64,000 nt of DNA from Nitrospirota bacterium (GTDB taxonomy: Bacteria; Nitrospirota; Nitrospiria; Nitrospirales; Nitrospiraceae): contig CAVPGK010000017.1 of the NCBI GenBank assembly GCA_963703955.1, forward strand, positions 96,001 through 160,000. Reading direction: 5' to 3'. Positions within the stretch are counted from its first letter, which is position 1, and every line of letters begins with the position of its first letter. The translations under genes and the position numbers were made by a program. The notes under the pieces are model-generated. The model saw nothing but the letters and a program-made list of their open reading frames with translations, had not been told where the DNA came from and did no database searches. Below, piece after piece: positions 63,058-64,000 of the stretch.

Positions 63058-63894
63058 TCAGCCGCCTGATTGGGTGCGAGAAATTTGCCACGTGAACCAC
63101 GCCCGAAACCAGTCGAAATCATGCTGATAGGCTGTGCCGGTTGGCTCGGTTGCCGAAGGTTTGTGTTCAAGCCGGGTGTAGGTACGGGGCCAATTCTTTT
63201 GCCACCATGACTTGAGCTCGTCCGACGCGTAAACGCTTCCAGCCGACTGGCGAATGCCGGCGGCACCGACCACATCGGCGATCAGCGGCCAGTACCGGTC
63301 TTTTCCCGCCCCCAAAGCCCTCAAATGCTCTCGGAGCAGGAAGACAACCCAGAGTTCGGCGCTGTTTTTCTTGTTGTGTTTGAACGGCTGTGTTTGGCGC
63401 AGGGGAATCGGATCAAAGTTCTTGATGACGGACGTGTAGTCAGGACCGCCGTAGCTTCCCGCGAATTCCGCAATACCCTCGATCATGCGGGCCAACTCGA
63501 CTTCGGCCACCGGCGGTGGGGCAGGTTCCGTGGGTGGTGTAAACGGATTCGAGGCGGTCAGGAGTTCAATCAAAGGCTTCAGCTCGCGCAGGCGACCCGC
63601 TGCGTTCTTGAGGATTTGTTCCGACTCCAACCAATAGTCTTGATCATTCTTGGTCATCCGTTCTCGGCCGGGAGGCGGTAGGACGGTCGGTAACCAATAG
63701 CGCATGAGCACAAAAAGAACGTAGTGAATGTCAGCGCCGACTCGATCGAGTCGCACGAGGACTCCGTCCTGCCCCAGCGCATTCTTAAAAAAAGACTGAA
63801 CCTGCTCGGTGACGTCGAGACGGTGGGCCATGTCGACCCACCATGCTTCAATTTCCTGCCAGGGCGGCTGTGGTGATTCCTGCATGGATATCAC
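63058..63894 (-). CDS. Hypothetical protein
   Basis: 278-aa Trp-rich ORF, no recognised motif. Confidence 0.75.
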   Translation of the reverse strand: MISMQESPQPPWQEIEAWWVDMAHRLDVTEQVQSFFKNALGQDGVLVRLDRVGADIHYVLFVLMRYWLPTVLPPPGRERMTKNDQDYWLESEQILKNAAGRLRELKPLIELLTASNPFTPPTEPAPPPVAEVELARMIEGIAEFAGSYGGPDYTSVIKNFDPIPLRQTQPFKHNKKNSAELWVVFLLREHLRALGAGKDRYWPLIADVVGAAGIRQSAGSVYASDELKSWWQKNWPRTYTRLEHKPSATEPTGTAYQHDFDWFRAWFTWQISRTQSGG

Positions 63895-64000
63895 CGAGGA
63901 AGATCCAACACGACGATAGGCTCACAACAAGGGCATCGTATCTCCGGTTCGGCATGATTGCAACAAACCTGACGGATTGCGTATCCTATCAGCGCGACGC

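Overview
Bacterial chromosome segment, GC-rich, most likely a Nitrospira-like member of Nitrospirota (inferred from gene order, small CxxC...CxxC proteins and the repeat style; no database search was possible). Core blocks: ettA; tRNA-Ser, ffs, dnaX-ybaB-recR-dksA; tRNA-Val; trmFO-xerC-hslVU-argB; rimO; a two-component system with degQ; a lone sdhA-like gene; gcvP; and argD-F-G-H, a lipoprotein, a radical SAM gene, lysA-dapA-dapB. Accessory regions lie at about 1-16 kb and 43-51 kb. Best candidates for something new: (1) a three-gene operon of a CCAEP-tail radical SAM enzyme, a Cys-rich DUF169 protein and an L-amino-acid-ligase-type ATP-grasp enzyme, with a divergent methyltransferase, which may make an organometalloid amino acid or peptide by analogy to ArsL; (2) several families of miniature inverted-repeat elements, with a ~45-bp internal segment of one apparently embedded in frame in two enzymes; (3) a decayed TIR gene with an amyloid/RHIM-like motif facing a trypsin-like protease; (4) a degenerate GGDEF protein with an intact I-site facing a PilZ gene; (5) a miniature insertion at the tRNA-Ser 3' end. 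No CRISPR array, rRNA, intact transposase or prophage was seen. All alignments were done by eye.
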